DNA of 64,000 nucleotides from Perkinsus olseni (Eukaryota), in assembly GCA_013115125.1 (NCBI GenBank), contig JABANN010000069.1, forward strand, positions 1 to 64,000. The letters run 5' to 3'. Position 1 is the stretch's first letter. Every line of letters begins with the position of its first letter. Shown one piece after another: positions 25,399 through 38,955 of this stretch. The notes below the pieces were generated by a model. The model was given only the letters and a program-made list of their open reading frames with translations. It had not been told where the DNA came from and ran no database searches. The position numbers and the translations under genes were made by a program.

Positions 25399-26226
25399 GC
25401 TACTGAAGGCAAGCTTGATTGTGGACCATCATCAATGTCTGCTTACTGGGTTTCATCAGAGTTTCTTAATAGTGTTCTGTGTGCGAGTGATTTGAGTTCC
25501 AGTGTTATATCGCTGCTCGCAGGAAATGGGGCTTTCAACGCGCTCGTCACCATGGGGGTGGTTCGGGTGAATGATAGGTGTTTGACGAAACTTTTTTGTA
25601 CACTGAATGTTGATGTACCTAGTGTATCGACATTCAGTGTGCAAGAAAGTTTACTGAGGACTGAGCATATTTTCTAAGGAAAAAATCTCGCACGCCCTCG
25701 CCATTTTTTGAAGAGCATCTTACGACGACAATCAAGTTTGTGGAACTGCGAGTGTTCGTAAGAGCTCAAGATGTTAGCGAGAGCCGCTTTGAGTTGAGTC
25801 GAGTCAGAACTTTAGTGTTGTTCTTCCTCCCACGCCTTCCCCGGGATTTTTAAGCCCAGATTCATGTCTTGTCTTGCCTGGGCAAGACAAGCTTGGCCCA
25901 TACTGATGAACCGCCCCGATACAGCGCAGCGACGAGGAGACGGCCCTGAGGCTCTGCTTTCATTCCCGAGGCTGGGCGGTTTATTTCAGGTTTTCAACTG
26001 TTCATATCCTGGGCACATTACGGCGTGATCTCTTATTGCCGCTTGTTGTGGATCGCAGCGAGATGATTGTCAGCTTGACTGCCTCACTGAGCCCGCCTTT
26101 GATAGCCAGGCGTAGGCTTCTGATAAAAACTGTGACGACACAACAAGTATATCCTTTCTCAAAAAATCATCAATATTTCATGATACACCATCGTGCAAAA
26201 AATAATGAAGTAATTAGGGGGGCTGC

Positions 26227-26671
26227 TCAGGCGAGGAGCGCAGCCCCCACAGCGGCTACGACCAGCCACAGGTTTCTCCCACGACTTCCCGCTGCTCGCC
26301 AGCCACTCGAAGAAGACCTGAGAAAATGGAAGATATCGCAGGCGATCGTAGTAGGAGGGTTCTCACCTTCCCGTTTCTCCTCGTAGTCCAGTGGCAGCCG
26401 ACCCATCCTTAGGACCAGTAGTAGGCGCGACGGTCGCGCTGGTCTGGGGGGTCGTCGTAGACGTAGTGCTACTCGGGGAGAGTAGAGGGTCCTCCCCGGC
26501 AGCTTTTTCGGCCGCCAACTGCTCGGAGATGAGCCCTTCCATCACTGGCCACCAGGTAGGCTCGCTTGGCGCGCCCAGAGCGCGAGCCGGCCTGGACGAG
26601 GAGACAGGAGGGGAAGGGTCTCCGGAAGTAGCGAAGGCGATGAGGCAAACAAAATGAAGGATGCCGATCAT
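26227..26671 (-). CDS. Small Ser/Thr-rich, probably GPI-anchored surface protein (2 exons)
   Basis: Signal peptide MIGILHFVCLIAFA, Thr-rich tract, C-terminal SSSSG spacer followed by hydrophobic LWLVVAAVGAALLA*. Confidence 0.7.
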
Positions 26672-26825
26672 TGAGTGATATGTCAACTCTGAGAGGAGTG
26701 GAGGAGTCGATGGTAATACCGTCACGGTACTCGCGCTTGCACATTCTAGTGATGCTAAGTGGTTGCGGTCGCGCGGTACAGCGGTCGCGGAGAGGTGATA
26801 GCGCTCGCCCTTAATCGAGCGCTAC

Positions 26826-26896
26826 GTATTTCCATGACCCCTTCTTGCCTCCTGAGGACTCCTCAGTGAGGAGGCGAGAAGGCATCATGAAAATAC
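26826..26896. repeat. 71-nt imperfect hairpin
   Basis: GTATTTCCATGA/TCATGAAAATAC and CCTTCTTGCCTCCT/AGGAGGCGAGAAGG arms. Confidence 0.8.
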
Positions 26897-28124
26897 AGAG
26901 GCGGAGAAATTCCAGAGCGGTTTCTTGAGAGCACCGGCCCGGGTAATATCTCACCGGGAAGTTCTCGGCAGCCCCGGTCAGTCAGCCCTATCGCCGGGCA
27001 GTGTCCTGCGATACTATCCTTTCCTGTAATATACCGGCCTTACTTAGCTCCCATACGAAGGGAAAAGTACATAATCGGCGTGAGAGGCTGTGGCTGAGAG
27101 ACGTGTGGTAGGATCACCATCTGGTTGGGTTGCTGACCATTTCGTGACCGTTCCGTCGTGTATGATGATAACTCGTCAAGTAATTCTCGAGGAGGGCTGA
27201 GTCTGATCGATACTTCCCTTATGTCGCATATATTATGTCGGCCCCACGTTGTGGGGTCTCCACGGTGGGGACTCGTGAGTGGAGTACAGCCTCATCGATA
27301 GGTTACAGGGTGTAGTTTTGTATCTGTCTTTGTTCGGGTCAACTTCGATTGACCTGTCGAGAGCAGCCGCGCTCGCGTCACATGGCCGGTTGAAGACGTG
27401 TGATTCGATTGCGGCTATCATCGAGGACCGCTCCTCTACCTTCATCTGAGTTTTCTGATAGTGTTCTGAGCAGAATTGAGTTTAGTGCTAGTGTTACATT
27501 CCCGCTGAAGGAAAGCTTCGGAACGCGATCGGAATGGCTTGGCAATCAAGCGATTCGGGCTCCTCGAAAAGCAAGTGCAACGCCCGATCGGATCGGGTCG
27601 CTCGCAGTGGGACAGTAAGTCACTGCCTGTGACGGTGGGACAGTCCCTTTGTCACTGACTATTGATGGTCTTAAGTTAAGACTCTCAACCCTCCTCCCAC
27701 GATGGGAGTCCCACCGCCGGCGGGCCACCGGCACTCTATCATCTCTATCCGATCTCTCCTCGAGTCTTCACCGAGTAGAGGAGTTCATGAGAGTCTTGTG
27801 ACTGATTCGATACTAGTACTTGACTATCACAGTGATAGTATCATTGATAGTAACCTTAGCACCACAACACTCGTCAAGTACTCACTTTCCTCCTTGCGAG
27901 TCTCCGTTTTAGTAGAGGAATTAAATTAAATTCCTCCACTGACACGAGGAACGATGTGAGCTGTTTGGATTGAAAACACGGAGGAACGACGCCGGCAGAA
28001 TGTGCTCGCGAAAGACCTTCGCCGAAAGTTCGAGAGGGCCGACGGCAGGCAAGCCTCTTTAGTCGTACCGTGCGACTAGCGCAATCGATGGATCAAGGTT
28101 CGGCTTAATAGGGACAGGATCGAC

Positions 28125-28182
28125 CGGGCAGACTGCCGTGCTTGAACTCGACGGGCAGACTGCTGTGCTTGAATTCGGCGGG
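28125..28182 (+). repeat. 27-bp tandem repeat (about 2 copies)
   Basis: CGGGCAGACTGCYGTGCTTGAAYTCGR twice. Confidence 0.85.
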
Positions 28183-28834
28183 ATGTACTCCCACACAACA
28201 GCAAAGCAAAAGTCGACGTCTAACACCGCAGCACTAAAGGGCAGTTTTAAGTGGGGAAGTCTCAAGCGAGAGTTTGTATTGGGCCTAGCGTGGGATGGCT
28301 GAAGACGGCTGTGATAGGTGTGATGGAACCAGAAAGATATGACCAGCCCGGAGTTCGACTCTACCCTTCACAAGGTGGGCCTGATAAATACCTGAAGAAG
28401 GCGAACATTGAAGTATTCAGATTGTGAATACTCCAGACCATCACGTGGGGGCACTACTCCAATACTCCATGAATATCAGACTCATCAGCGAAACTCATTC
28501 TGAATTTCAGAATGAAGATCGCTGATGAGTGGGCGCGACGATGTTGTGCAAGAGGCCGTGCTGCGCATCTGGGGACGTGGAAGCCGCTATTTGCAGGCAA
28601 TACCGCTGTAACTGTGTCAGCCATAACAAATAAGAAGCATGCATTCGTTGCATCGGGATGGGGTCTGCAACCGAATGACATGATCACGGGAGATTTGGCT
28701 AGAGTTCCAATGAAGATTGCTGCCTTCAAGACGGAGTATTGTTCTGATTCAGCGCTTCTGAACTTCAGAAGCGAAGACTTCAGAATCTGAAGTCTCGGCG
28801 GTCGGCTGCATCTCAGTTTTCAAGAGACTTTGCT

Positions 28835-31800
28835 ATGGATACCCTAGGCACTCTTCCTGCCGGGGCCCAGTGCTGGCACAAGACCGTTCTTTCCACCTCT
28901 GGGAACCACCTCGCTTACCTCAGTACACTCACACTCAACGTGTAGGATGCTCCTGGGTCGTGCACTCTCCGACCTCTCTCCTTAGGATACGCATATCCGA
29001 CCTCACTCCCGTTGACACGCGGGAGATCACATTCGGGAGCGTCAGAGATGAGATGCTCGCTGCTGTTATAAGGTCGGTGAGAGGGTTGATATCTCCTGGA
29101 GAGTAGATCTACCCACAAGGCCTGGCTGGTGGATTCTCGAGGTTGAGCTTGCAACTGATGAACTGATGATATTCATCACTATCATCACACTAGGGGCTCG
29201 CCGCCACATGCTCTACAGAAAACTTGGATCCGCTCTACGATAGGGTTGTCAGCGGTCCACATCGTTAATATACGGACTCCGGTTTGGTCGTCATCTCATC
29301 AAACTGAGCTCTCCATTTTATGCCACTTTCACGACTACAACCATTCTCAATCAATCCCGATTCACTGCGGCTGAGGCTTCATCGTTAGGAACCCGCATGG
29401 TGATGATGAATTTCTGGTGGTATCGTACACCGGTCGAGCGACTCTCGTACGAGTGGAAGGAGGTGGGCCTCCTTTCCTGGAGTCCTCATGGCTGGTCTGA
29501 CTTCTGCTGACAACAGGCTCCCTAGCACCAAGTCCAGGAGCCCAGGAGCCCTTTCAGTTGGCGATGCACGCGGGCTCGTCTCGAAGAACAGAAAGTGTAT
29601 CGGAGATACTTCTCGATTTTGACGCCGGTACGTCCTTCTGTGGTTAGAGCGGTGACTGAGTAGGTCTCCCAATTGCCAGTTGAAGCGGGCGTGTTGTGGT
29701 ACTACCACCATGCGGAGTCGGGTGAACATCAGCTGCGTCACAGGAAGGTTCGTGATCACGGTGAGCATTGAGGCCTCATCGGTCGGCGATGTCGTGGATT
29801 TACGGTATAGCAGTAGGCGCGATGGCTGCCTGGGCGGCGAGTCCCTTCTGCAGGTTCGGCACCTTTGGAGAGGTCGTTTCGGCTTGGCCCACCTAGCCCT
29901 GGGTGGGTGATAAACGAACCTTCGCTCCACTCACTGCTACGAACGTGATAGGTCTCGGCCCCTCAAGAGCCCGGCCGAAGGAGCGTCGAGGCCAACTGCG
30001 GTAAGTCAGTATACCGTTTCTGAAGCGCGATGGTATTCCGTCGCGAAGCTTCGTGAGCTTAGCTACGAGGCCTGACGAGCCTTCTTTCAGACAGTTCTGC
30101 GTCCTCATCATAGTCGAAGGCGGACGCTCGCGTTTGGTTGGTCCAATGGTGGCGTTACCATGATCACAGTGGAGGTTGGAGAGCGGGTACTCAGCGCCCC
30201 TCGAGGGGTGAGTCCCGCCTGCCGAGGTCTATAGCAAGAACAGCAGCGGTGGTCCGCAGAAGCACAAGCAACATCAATGCCTCTCCCGAGAAGGGCACTT
30301 AGACGTGCTCTCCTAGCCGTAGCTTGAGTCTTGTGTCGAACGATGCACCACTTCCCGTGCGTGCTGGACAGAAGTTGGACTTGTTAGCGAATGCCATGCC
30401 CAAGTTGGACATACGGGAAATTCGGACTTGACGTTGACCTCAAACCTAGTCATGAATTTGTTTCGCTTGCCTCTTCACTTGCACGGGAAATGGTGTCGAT
30501 GCACAGTGTGATTCCGAGTTAACCGTGCACCCTACTAAGGGGATGCTGCGGATCCTAAAAGGCCTTGTCGAGCTCTCCTTCTCAGACTGCTGTTGTTGAT
30601 CTAGCTTGGGACCTCCTATCGACGTGCTATATTCTAGCCGCCTACGGTAACGGGGAGATCGTCCTCCTAGATACCTCTGGCAGCGGCCTGGCTGTCGAGG
30701 TGGGGTCTGCCTGTGCGTTCTTCACGTGTAGTTCAGCGTCCAGTGGAGTTGGAAGTGTTGCTCCCCTTGTCGGTCATCGCTCGCAGCCTTGAAATCGATA
30801 AACGCTGTTATACATCCAGCGACGTTCAAGCACTGATGCTCGCGTGTTTCGACTCCAGCTGCCGAGCTCGGGCCAGGGGATTGCTCACCTATAGTTGCCT
30901 CTGAGCTGAGATATGTGGTTTGATACATTTGAAGTCCCGTCGAGGTCCTCAGTGCATCGGATCTGTTCTCAGCAAGATAGATGATATCTTCTCAGTCGTG
31001 CCGCTTCGATGCTGCTACAACACCTATTCGCTCGGTGTTGTGGCAGTGTGGTTCCCGTGGACCCGGCAGTTTCCTGACCGCAGGCGGCAACGGCTCGACT
31101 GTCCTCCAACTTTGGAATGTCAGCAAGAGGGCCCCAGTTGGGGAGATGAAGGTGCGCCCTTCGAGAATCGTATATTGAGCGGAGCGAAGCTGGTCTTGTT
31201 CTCCCTTTTTGATCCGGAACTTGCCTACTGTATTGAACCACTGAATAGCAGATTCACAGTGTGCGTTCTGGGAGAGCTACTCCGGTAGTTTAAAGCCAGC
31301 AGCATCCGGTGAAGGGCGATGGGCGACTTGCGTGTTTCTCCTGTCATTCTCCGTGCTGTTGTTGAAGGTACATGGGAGTGTCGGTGTCAATGCGGCCTGC
31401 TGCCTTCCAGGAGACGGTAATCGGTAGGCCTTACCGTACCTCCTGGCCTTGTCACCATCACCACTCAGGGTCCTCGCAAGCTTCCGCGATGGTGCAGTCG
31501 TCATTATCGACGTTAAAGCTAGAGGTGTCAGAAAAGTCTCTGGATCCAGTATGGTGGCTGGCAAAGGCTTTCGCTGTCACAGTCGTTACTGATCCAATTT
31601 CTCGTCCCTGTCTCCGCCTGCGGTTGATTTTTGAGGGGCGCCGTGGTTTTTGTGAGTTTATAGTCCAACGCCTACGGTTCTGGCTTACTCAGTCTCTTGC
31701 CGATGTGCTCAGTTGGCGACCCGCTGTAGCCTCTGATACACAGAAGCTCCCTTGTTCTTTAGAACGCATAACGCAACGCGACATGAGTGATTTTAGAGGC

Positions 31801-34800
31801 CAAAACGCGAAAACGTTGAGGTGCGATCAACCTGGCTCCGTGGGCGTGCAGGTCATCAGGAGACAGTGTTTGACTGTTCCTTCCACCCAAGAGATCCCAA
31901 CGTCTTCTGTACCGGCAGCTACGATGGATGTGTGAAACTGTGGAGGATGCTCTCTAACATCAACGGTGACGTGGACAGCATTGCTGAGGTTGTTGCGGAG
32001 ATGGTAGGGTGTACCACGGGTTGGTGGCCATTGACTCTGCGGAATTTTACCTGCTTGCTATTGTGGGCTTCCGATGATGTTTTCGCGTCTTTACGACCTA
32101 CTGACTATCTTGCCGTCTTGTGAGTCCTGCGGTACTTCAGAGCGCATCAACTGAAAGTGACGGCGGCCAGCCAGCTGTAGCGAAGAGCAAGTCTACCGTG
32201 TAAGTCTAGCTGTGTCCCCCATCCCAATGCTCAACAGTTGCTATTACGTTTTTGTTTGAAGCTCCATCGTCCATCCATTGGTCCGCAGTCCATCGCTTTC
32301 TGTGATATCGCTGACCCGTATAATGCTCACGTTCACCTATTGTGAGCCACATGACTTCTAAATGAGGGGGTTCTTAGGACGTAATTCTGTTCAAATAGGT
32401 GCGACGCTAGACCGTAGTCCGGCGTTGAGTTGGGCATGCTTAGGTACGGAGTTGATTTCTCTTATTGCGGCCAGAAGATTGCCGGCGTGACTGTCAAGGG
32501 GGAGCTGCATGTTTGGCGTGTCGATACTGGTCAGTTCTTATCTCAAGTCCTCTGCTGTGCTCGGTCACATTCCGATGAGATCCCTATCTCTCCTTCTGAA
32601 GTCAAGAGCCCTGTTCGCTTTGCCTGCGTGCATGCATTCAGAGTATCTCGTCAGGTAGGCGTGTCCTCCTCGTCCCGCCGATCGGTCCCGACCAGCCGAG
32701 TAGCTATCGTGTCTCTTGGTTGAAGGAGAGCTGTGAGAGGTCGGTCATCCTCGAGCCTTGGGTGTGGCATGCTGGAGGATCATCGTGGGCGTTGGCAACA
32801 AAAGAATCACAAATTCATGCGCGTCATTATAATGTCGTTGATATTCCCTCCTTGAGGCGGTCTGCTGGTGGTGGATCGTTGGCGCCTCGGAGGAGCGCCA
32901 TGCGAGGGTACCGATCATAGATCGGCGAATCGCCAATCTTGTTTCCATTATCACCTTCCTCTGTTTTTCTTTTCAGTCCTCATAGTGGATGGATTGCCTT
33001 CGCACGGACTGACGGTAAGGCCCTCGTAGTAGACCAGCTGCAAGGCGGCAGGACTGTCGCTGTCCTCGAGTACTCTTGCGTCTTCGCAAGCTTATCCCCA
33101 ACACGTTACCTCAGTCACCAAAGCCCGGTCTTTGGCGCGGCTTGGACACCCTTCGCCGAGGGTTCGTCTCCTCAACTTTGCACGACAGACCTCGATGGTG
33201 TCGTTCGTGTGTGGAGCATCTCTCCTACTAACGGGGTAACCTAAATCAGTCGGTGTTCCATCATCAACCTCCGTTGTCAGGTTGCACGTATCAGTCATTG
33301 CCTCAGCGGCCATAAAGGAAAGGCCTTCAACGTCTTACCTCACCCACTGCTCCGCGGCATCATAGCGTCAGGAGGGGACGATTCTACCGTACGTCGTCTC
33401 CTGTCAGCCCGTCAAGTTGTCTTCCCTGGCTGAAGCTACTACTGCTGGCGGCTTCCCTAACCACATGTGGCATATTTTAGATCAGAGTTTGGTCGTCTGC
33501 CTCCCAGCCGCGGTGCCTTCGAGTTCTCCATGGCCACCAGTCCAAAGTCCGCGCACTAGCATGGCACCACGAAGTCCCGGCTGTGCTGCTGTCCGGCAGC
33601 TGGGATGGCAAGTCCCCTCTAACGACCACTACTACTCCGAGTTCTCGTAGGCACCATTCGAGTCTGGGATGTTCCGACGGGCTGCTGTCTCCACGTCCAC
33701 TGTGACCACGCCGCTGATGTGTACGGCCTAGCGTCCCACCCTTCGAGGCCGTTCCTGTTCGTTAGTAGGGCCGATGCCTTGAGAGGTGAGGGAGGGTGTC
33801 GGTCTCAGGCACTTCCCGCGATTCGACGATCAAGTGCTCCACCACTGAGTGGCTCTGCCGCCTGCCGATCGTCTGCGCTCTGTTCGCCGAGGATCCCGTG
33901 GCCGAGCTTGCCAGTTTCATTTCCACCGACGACCGGGACGCGATCCTCAGGGAGTTCCTAGACGTAGCGTCGCTTCAGCGAGACGAATACCATCTCATGT
34001 CGACCTTGCCTCTTCGGCAAGTCATGGCACCTTTCGGTCCCACACAAGGCTGCGTCATCTCGCGTTATGGGTGACACTTATTATTTGGGCTAGATCGTCG
34101 ATTCGCGATGGGTTCGCTGATTTCGTCACGCATCCTTCGCATTTGTGAAGAAGGGACATCCCTGGGAAGTCACGGTTCATTCTCAGTGTTCGCCGGAAGC
34201 TTTCCCCGGCAAGCCCGTCCCATACACGAGTCTTTACGGCCCGGGGTCTGCTCGGCTACTTGAAGAACTCCGGAGTCGCGATCGTGACCCTTTGCGTGAT
34301 GCCGTGGACATAGTGAGTTGGCCGGTCCTTCCTTATGGAGCCGCGTCGGTTATGTGTTATCTCGACCGATTCGCGCTCTTACTGTCACATCAGAGCTAAT
34401 GTAGATTACAGCCTGTAACTTATCTGAGCTCTGACGGCTTCGACGGGCCCCGCTCCAATATCCACCAGCAGTCAGACTGTCTGACTGAGCCAAGTCTCTC
34501 AGTTGTCATTCTTCGTCTACCGAAGAGGAGTTGAAGATATCGCCGATGTTGTTCGAGGCCTGCTTGGAATCCCTAGGCAGCACGATGGCCCGGGGGAGTA
34601 TGTCCCCGAGGAGGACATAGAGGCAGCCTGCTCGAGTCGCGCATACACCGCCCTTGCCGCTGCCACCACCGCACCCTCTGTCGTGGGTAACCTGGTGGGG
34701 CGTGGATAGTCATCGAAGTAAACCCATTCGGGCAGGTATCGGAGCTCCTCGGTTGCAGGACGCGAGAGGGCACTTTAGCGTTATGCCGGAGAGCAGGCCC

Positions 34801-36131
34801 TCGCTGGGCCGAGCAGCCGAGCTTTTCCTCGTCAACGGGGACATCAGAAATTACTGCGAGGCTCTCGCGAGAGGCAGACAATGGGAGGCAGCCATCGCAA
34901 TGGCTCCAGCCGTGTCGCTTCAGTGGGGAGGGGCGGTTGGTACCCTCAGGAGGTCCTTGAGCAGGTACTGGCAGGAGTTGTGCGACCGTTACGTCGATTT
35001 CATAAAGCTGTCTGAGTCATCCGACAGCACTGGAGGAAGAGATGAAGCCCTTCCTTACCTCATCGCCGCCGGTACTCGAAACTATATTTCCTCCGGTTCA
35101 CACGACAGCCTTGGTTATGATAAGTTGAGGGACATGGACAGCTCACGCTGCATCAGAACTGCTAGGGTCACCGTCATTAATGAAGTTTATCGTATCCGTG
35201 GGCTCCGGGGAGTCAACACGCCAAAGGCTTGCATGGGGATCCTCACAGTCGGGACTTATGTGTTGCAAGGGCTCTAGACTTCAGGTCGTTCAGCCGAGGC
35301 GATTCAGCTTATGGTGGACCGTGGGGGCAAGTGCCTCGAGCCGATGACTCTCGCTAAGGCGCTGGCTGATGGCAGAGTTCCTGACAGATGTGTGGATCTA
35401 CACATACCTCGCACACCGCCCGGGGATCTGAGTCATTTCGAGAGGGTGAGTTTGAAACCGCTGCTAGGATCTGGTACCAACGGTTAGATCATCTGGTCGT
35501 TTCACTTTGTCTGATTTGGGCTTATTGTGGTATAAACTCCCGCTTCACTAGGACGCACTCGACGCTGTGTTCATCCCAGGCGTGCGTGTTGGTAGCCGAG
35601 AGCTTAGCCCGGCAGCCTTGGACGCGTCTCCGGGCTTGTGGCATTCTACTCGGCAGCGGACAGACTGAGAACGCCTTTGCTCTCCTGGGAAGACCTGAGG
35701 ACACCTTACTCCACTGCGGGCTGAGGAAGATGCTTCATTCTTGTCCGAGCCAGGTGGGATGCGCCACACCGTCCGACTTGTCCGACTGCGTTCGTTGTAG
35801 CGCTGCGCTCTCACTGAGAAGCTAACTCGAGTCACTGAGGAGCTCGAGAGCGTTGGAAGGCTTCCACCTCTTGCGTTGATCGATTTCATAAATGATGGTG
35901 TGTAACGTACGAACGAGCTCTTGAGTTGAGTGGGTTCTTAGTGAACATACCGGAGGAAAGCCCGCGGACCCTAGACCCTAGACGCAGCAGCACGATAGTA
36001 GTGCTCAGGTGACCTCGAATGCCTCCTAGAGGTGACCAACTGTAGCCTACATCAGAGACGAAGATCTGCAAAGTTCTGGTGCTGGGCTTAGCCTGTCCAT
36101 ACCGAACTGGGGAACTCTTGACGCTCAAGTA
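28835..36131 (+). CDS. WDR17: WD repeat-containing protein 17 homolog
   Basis: MDTLGTLPAGAQCWHK N-terminus; DLAWDLLSTCYILAA; PGSFLT..LQLWNVS; GHQETVFDCSFHPRDPNVFCTGSYDGCVKLW; YCE..QWEAAIAMAPAVSLQYWQEL all match WDR17 blocks; 3' end approximate. Confidence 0.85.
31651..31729 (+). repeat. Dispersed ~77-bp intronic repeat, copy 2
   Basis: Matches the reverse complement of 24634-24710. Confidence 0.85.
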
Positions 36132-36401
36132 ATCCTGGAGGATTCACCAGTTGATGGTAATGTAAATGCCATGGTTTTGCGTACACCCATTCCCGATCAA
36201 TTTCGATAATTGTTACCATCGACAACAGCATCTTTCCGCTCTGATGCTTCGCTCCGCCAGGAGTTGGATTTGGCGAAGGCACAGAGGTTACGAACGTTTC
36301 GAAATACTCAGCTAACCTTCCCCCCAGCGCCCCCTCCTTCGCTTCGTATTAACAAGCAATAACGGTGAGGAGTCGCGACGTGAGAAACAGAGTGCAGATG
36401 A

Positions 36402-38711
36402 TCAGTTTTGTGAAGCTGCTTGAACTTCAGGATTCTTATCATTCAGCAACTTCCGAATATCTTCAACATGAAGAATGTTAGTTGTCATTTTCTTCTTGTC
36501 GTCGGCAAGTCGAACAGAGTTGTAGTGGAGACCTGCGAAAATAATTTCGTGGCGCAGTGACACTATTATCAGAAATAATTTCGTGGCGCAGTGACGTTTA
36601 TATTACCATCATGATAGCTAAGCAAAACACACGGAGCTGAATCATCAAAGTTCTTCATCTCAATCATCTGCAATTCGCTGGCCTCATAGGCATGCTGAAA
36701 ATTACAAAATATTCCACGCTTCGCTCCGCTGCTGTCACCACTACCTGCGATAACTGCAATACGACCACGTTGACTCGATAGTGCTGCGAGAGCGCTTGCA
36801 GCTCGATGTTGCCGCCCCAAACTTTATCGTTTTGCATGCGCTGACTATACACAGCTGTCGTCACACCTGAGGAGCGACCACGAGTAAACCAACGGTGACA
36901 AACTCGGAGCGGTTGAAAATTGTCGAGCAGTGGAGGTTCTCCATCGCGGCGAAGAGCACGAGAACTATCAGTAGTTGCTACTAAAATCGTACTGAAAAAT
37001 AAAACTATACCGCTAATACGGTACACAGTTTTGAAAACATAACAGAACACACAAGCCCGTGAGATCGCGCAACATTAAGAGGCTAAAACGCAAAACGAAC
37101 GAGGAAGCACTCCAGCTCAGCGACCCCACTTCGTGATTCAGAGCTCCACCCCGCGAATCGGGCCCTCTATCGGGATATTATCCGTATCGTTTTGTGCGAC
37201 TTAGCGATTATTTTTTCACGGAATAATCTGTTGTATTTGGGAACTAGTCGCACGACAATCATAAGTTTTTCCGTGTCTATGAGCTTGATCGCATCGAAAA
37301 GACTCCTTGAGTAGATACAGCAGCTACGCTTTGAAGCGTACTCCAGCGGAAGGGTAAAATATTCCTAGATCATAATTCCTCGAGAAGTTTCGGGGAGCAG
37401 TAACGCGGAAAAACTGAAAAGTGAAAGTTCGGGAAATCTCCCAGGTTTGGTTGAAGCTTCAATTCCCCTGCCGAGAGTAAAGACAATGGTTCGAGGCAGT
37501 GTAGACGCACACAAGCAAGATTATCCCCTTTCCACTACCTGGCTCCATGAAGGGTTCAAAGATACTCTCATGTCGTCGAATATATTGTACAGCAGCCTTC
37601 CGAGCGTTCTTGTAGTCCTTCGGGCCGTCAGCATCGTAGCCGAGCTGATCCGCAAAGGACCGGAACATGCAATTTCCATCTGAATCGGGAACAACTTCTC
37701 CCAACAACAAAATGGTGAGCGTGCAGGTTACCATTCTGCACTTCTCGAATCCTCAAGCCAGCCTCAGCGAGCTTCCTGAGAAAAAGAATCTTTTTTCCCG
37801 CGAACGACACGGGCGACTTGCGTACTTTTCAAAAACCTGCATACTGCGGTACCATCCCTCGGCACCATCGAGATCGATCTCTCCTCTGGCAGCAGCCTCT
37901 TCGCGCTCCTGCTCCAACTGAGCCGCCCGACGGGCCAACGCTGCTGCCTCCCGTTTAGAGTCCTGACCATCGGCAATAGTAGTAAAATCACACTTCCGCG
38001 TCCTGAATTCTGCGGGCTAGATATTATCAATTTCATGCCACAACCCCGCGTACAACCGTACTACTAAAACCCTGTCACCAGCGGAAGCAGAAATGCTTGA
38101 AGAATCGAAGATCGACGGGATTTATAACGAAAGGAGTGGTATTGTAGCAGCAGATGAGATCCACAAACAACAGTATTTATTAGTCTTACCATATGCCTGC
38201 GAAATACGGATATCTGACTCAGCAATAATATACAATTTTTGCGATTGAACGTGCTGTTTTGTGAGGCACTTTGAAGGGTACATGAAAAGGATCTCGTTGT
38301 TTGCCTTGTGCCGCTGCAGATGGTGATCTTCCTAAGCGCCTTCATACCGCGCGTCCGACACTACGATTCACCTCTAGCGATGAATATAAATCCTTGATCA
38401 CACCAAGTTGGGCACGAAGCCAGTCGAGCATAACCAGCCCCTTTACGGTCGATGGTAATGACTCACCTCTTCCTTCTTCTTGGACTCGGCCTTTTGCCTA
38501 TCAGTATTCAGATTAGTCGTCTTGAATTTCTTTTTGGAAGCGCTCTTCTTACCAAAGATGCCTACAATGACAAGCGATGGAGATACCACTTCTTTCTGAA
38601 CGCACCCAGGATTTCCCGACTACCCTTCAATGCTGTGGAACCCACGTTAAGCTGAGGGGCGGCGGGAGTGGTAGAAGCAGCATTGCTCTCCTCCGAAGGT
38701 GAAGTCGTCAT
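36402..38711 (-). CDS. OTU-domain deubiquitinase (OTUD3/OTUD5-like)
   Basis: DGNCMFRSFADQL, WGGNIELQALS, LSYHDGLHYNSV catalytic motifs. Confidence 0.9.
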
Positions 38712-38955
38712 TATGCTCAACAGACAAACCCGGGTACGAATCCCTCATATGACATTTTTACTGCAAACACAAACCCCCACTAGTATGGTTGAATGCTATT
38801 GAAGAAACTCATCCAACTCGCTGCCATTAGGTAACCCTGAGCACCACTAAGGACTGCTCGAGACAGCAACAGCAACAGCGGTGGAACAGATCAGTAGCAG
38901 CTACTGGCCGCACCCCATGTGAATGGTGACAACAGTAGTGACTCTCCTATGCCGC

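Noticed and set aside
27930-28400. Possible gag-like retroelement remnant
   Set aside because: Only short frameshifted protein-like fragments; no LTR pair, PBS, RT or integrase motifs identified
29385-30412. Minus-strand ORFs (181 aa and others)
   Set aside because: Better explained as antisense to the 5' exons of WDR17, which starts at 28835
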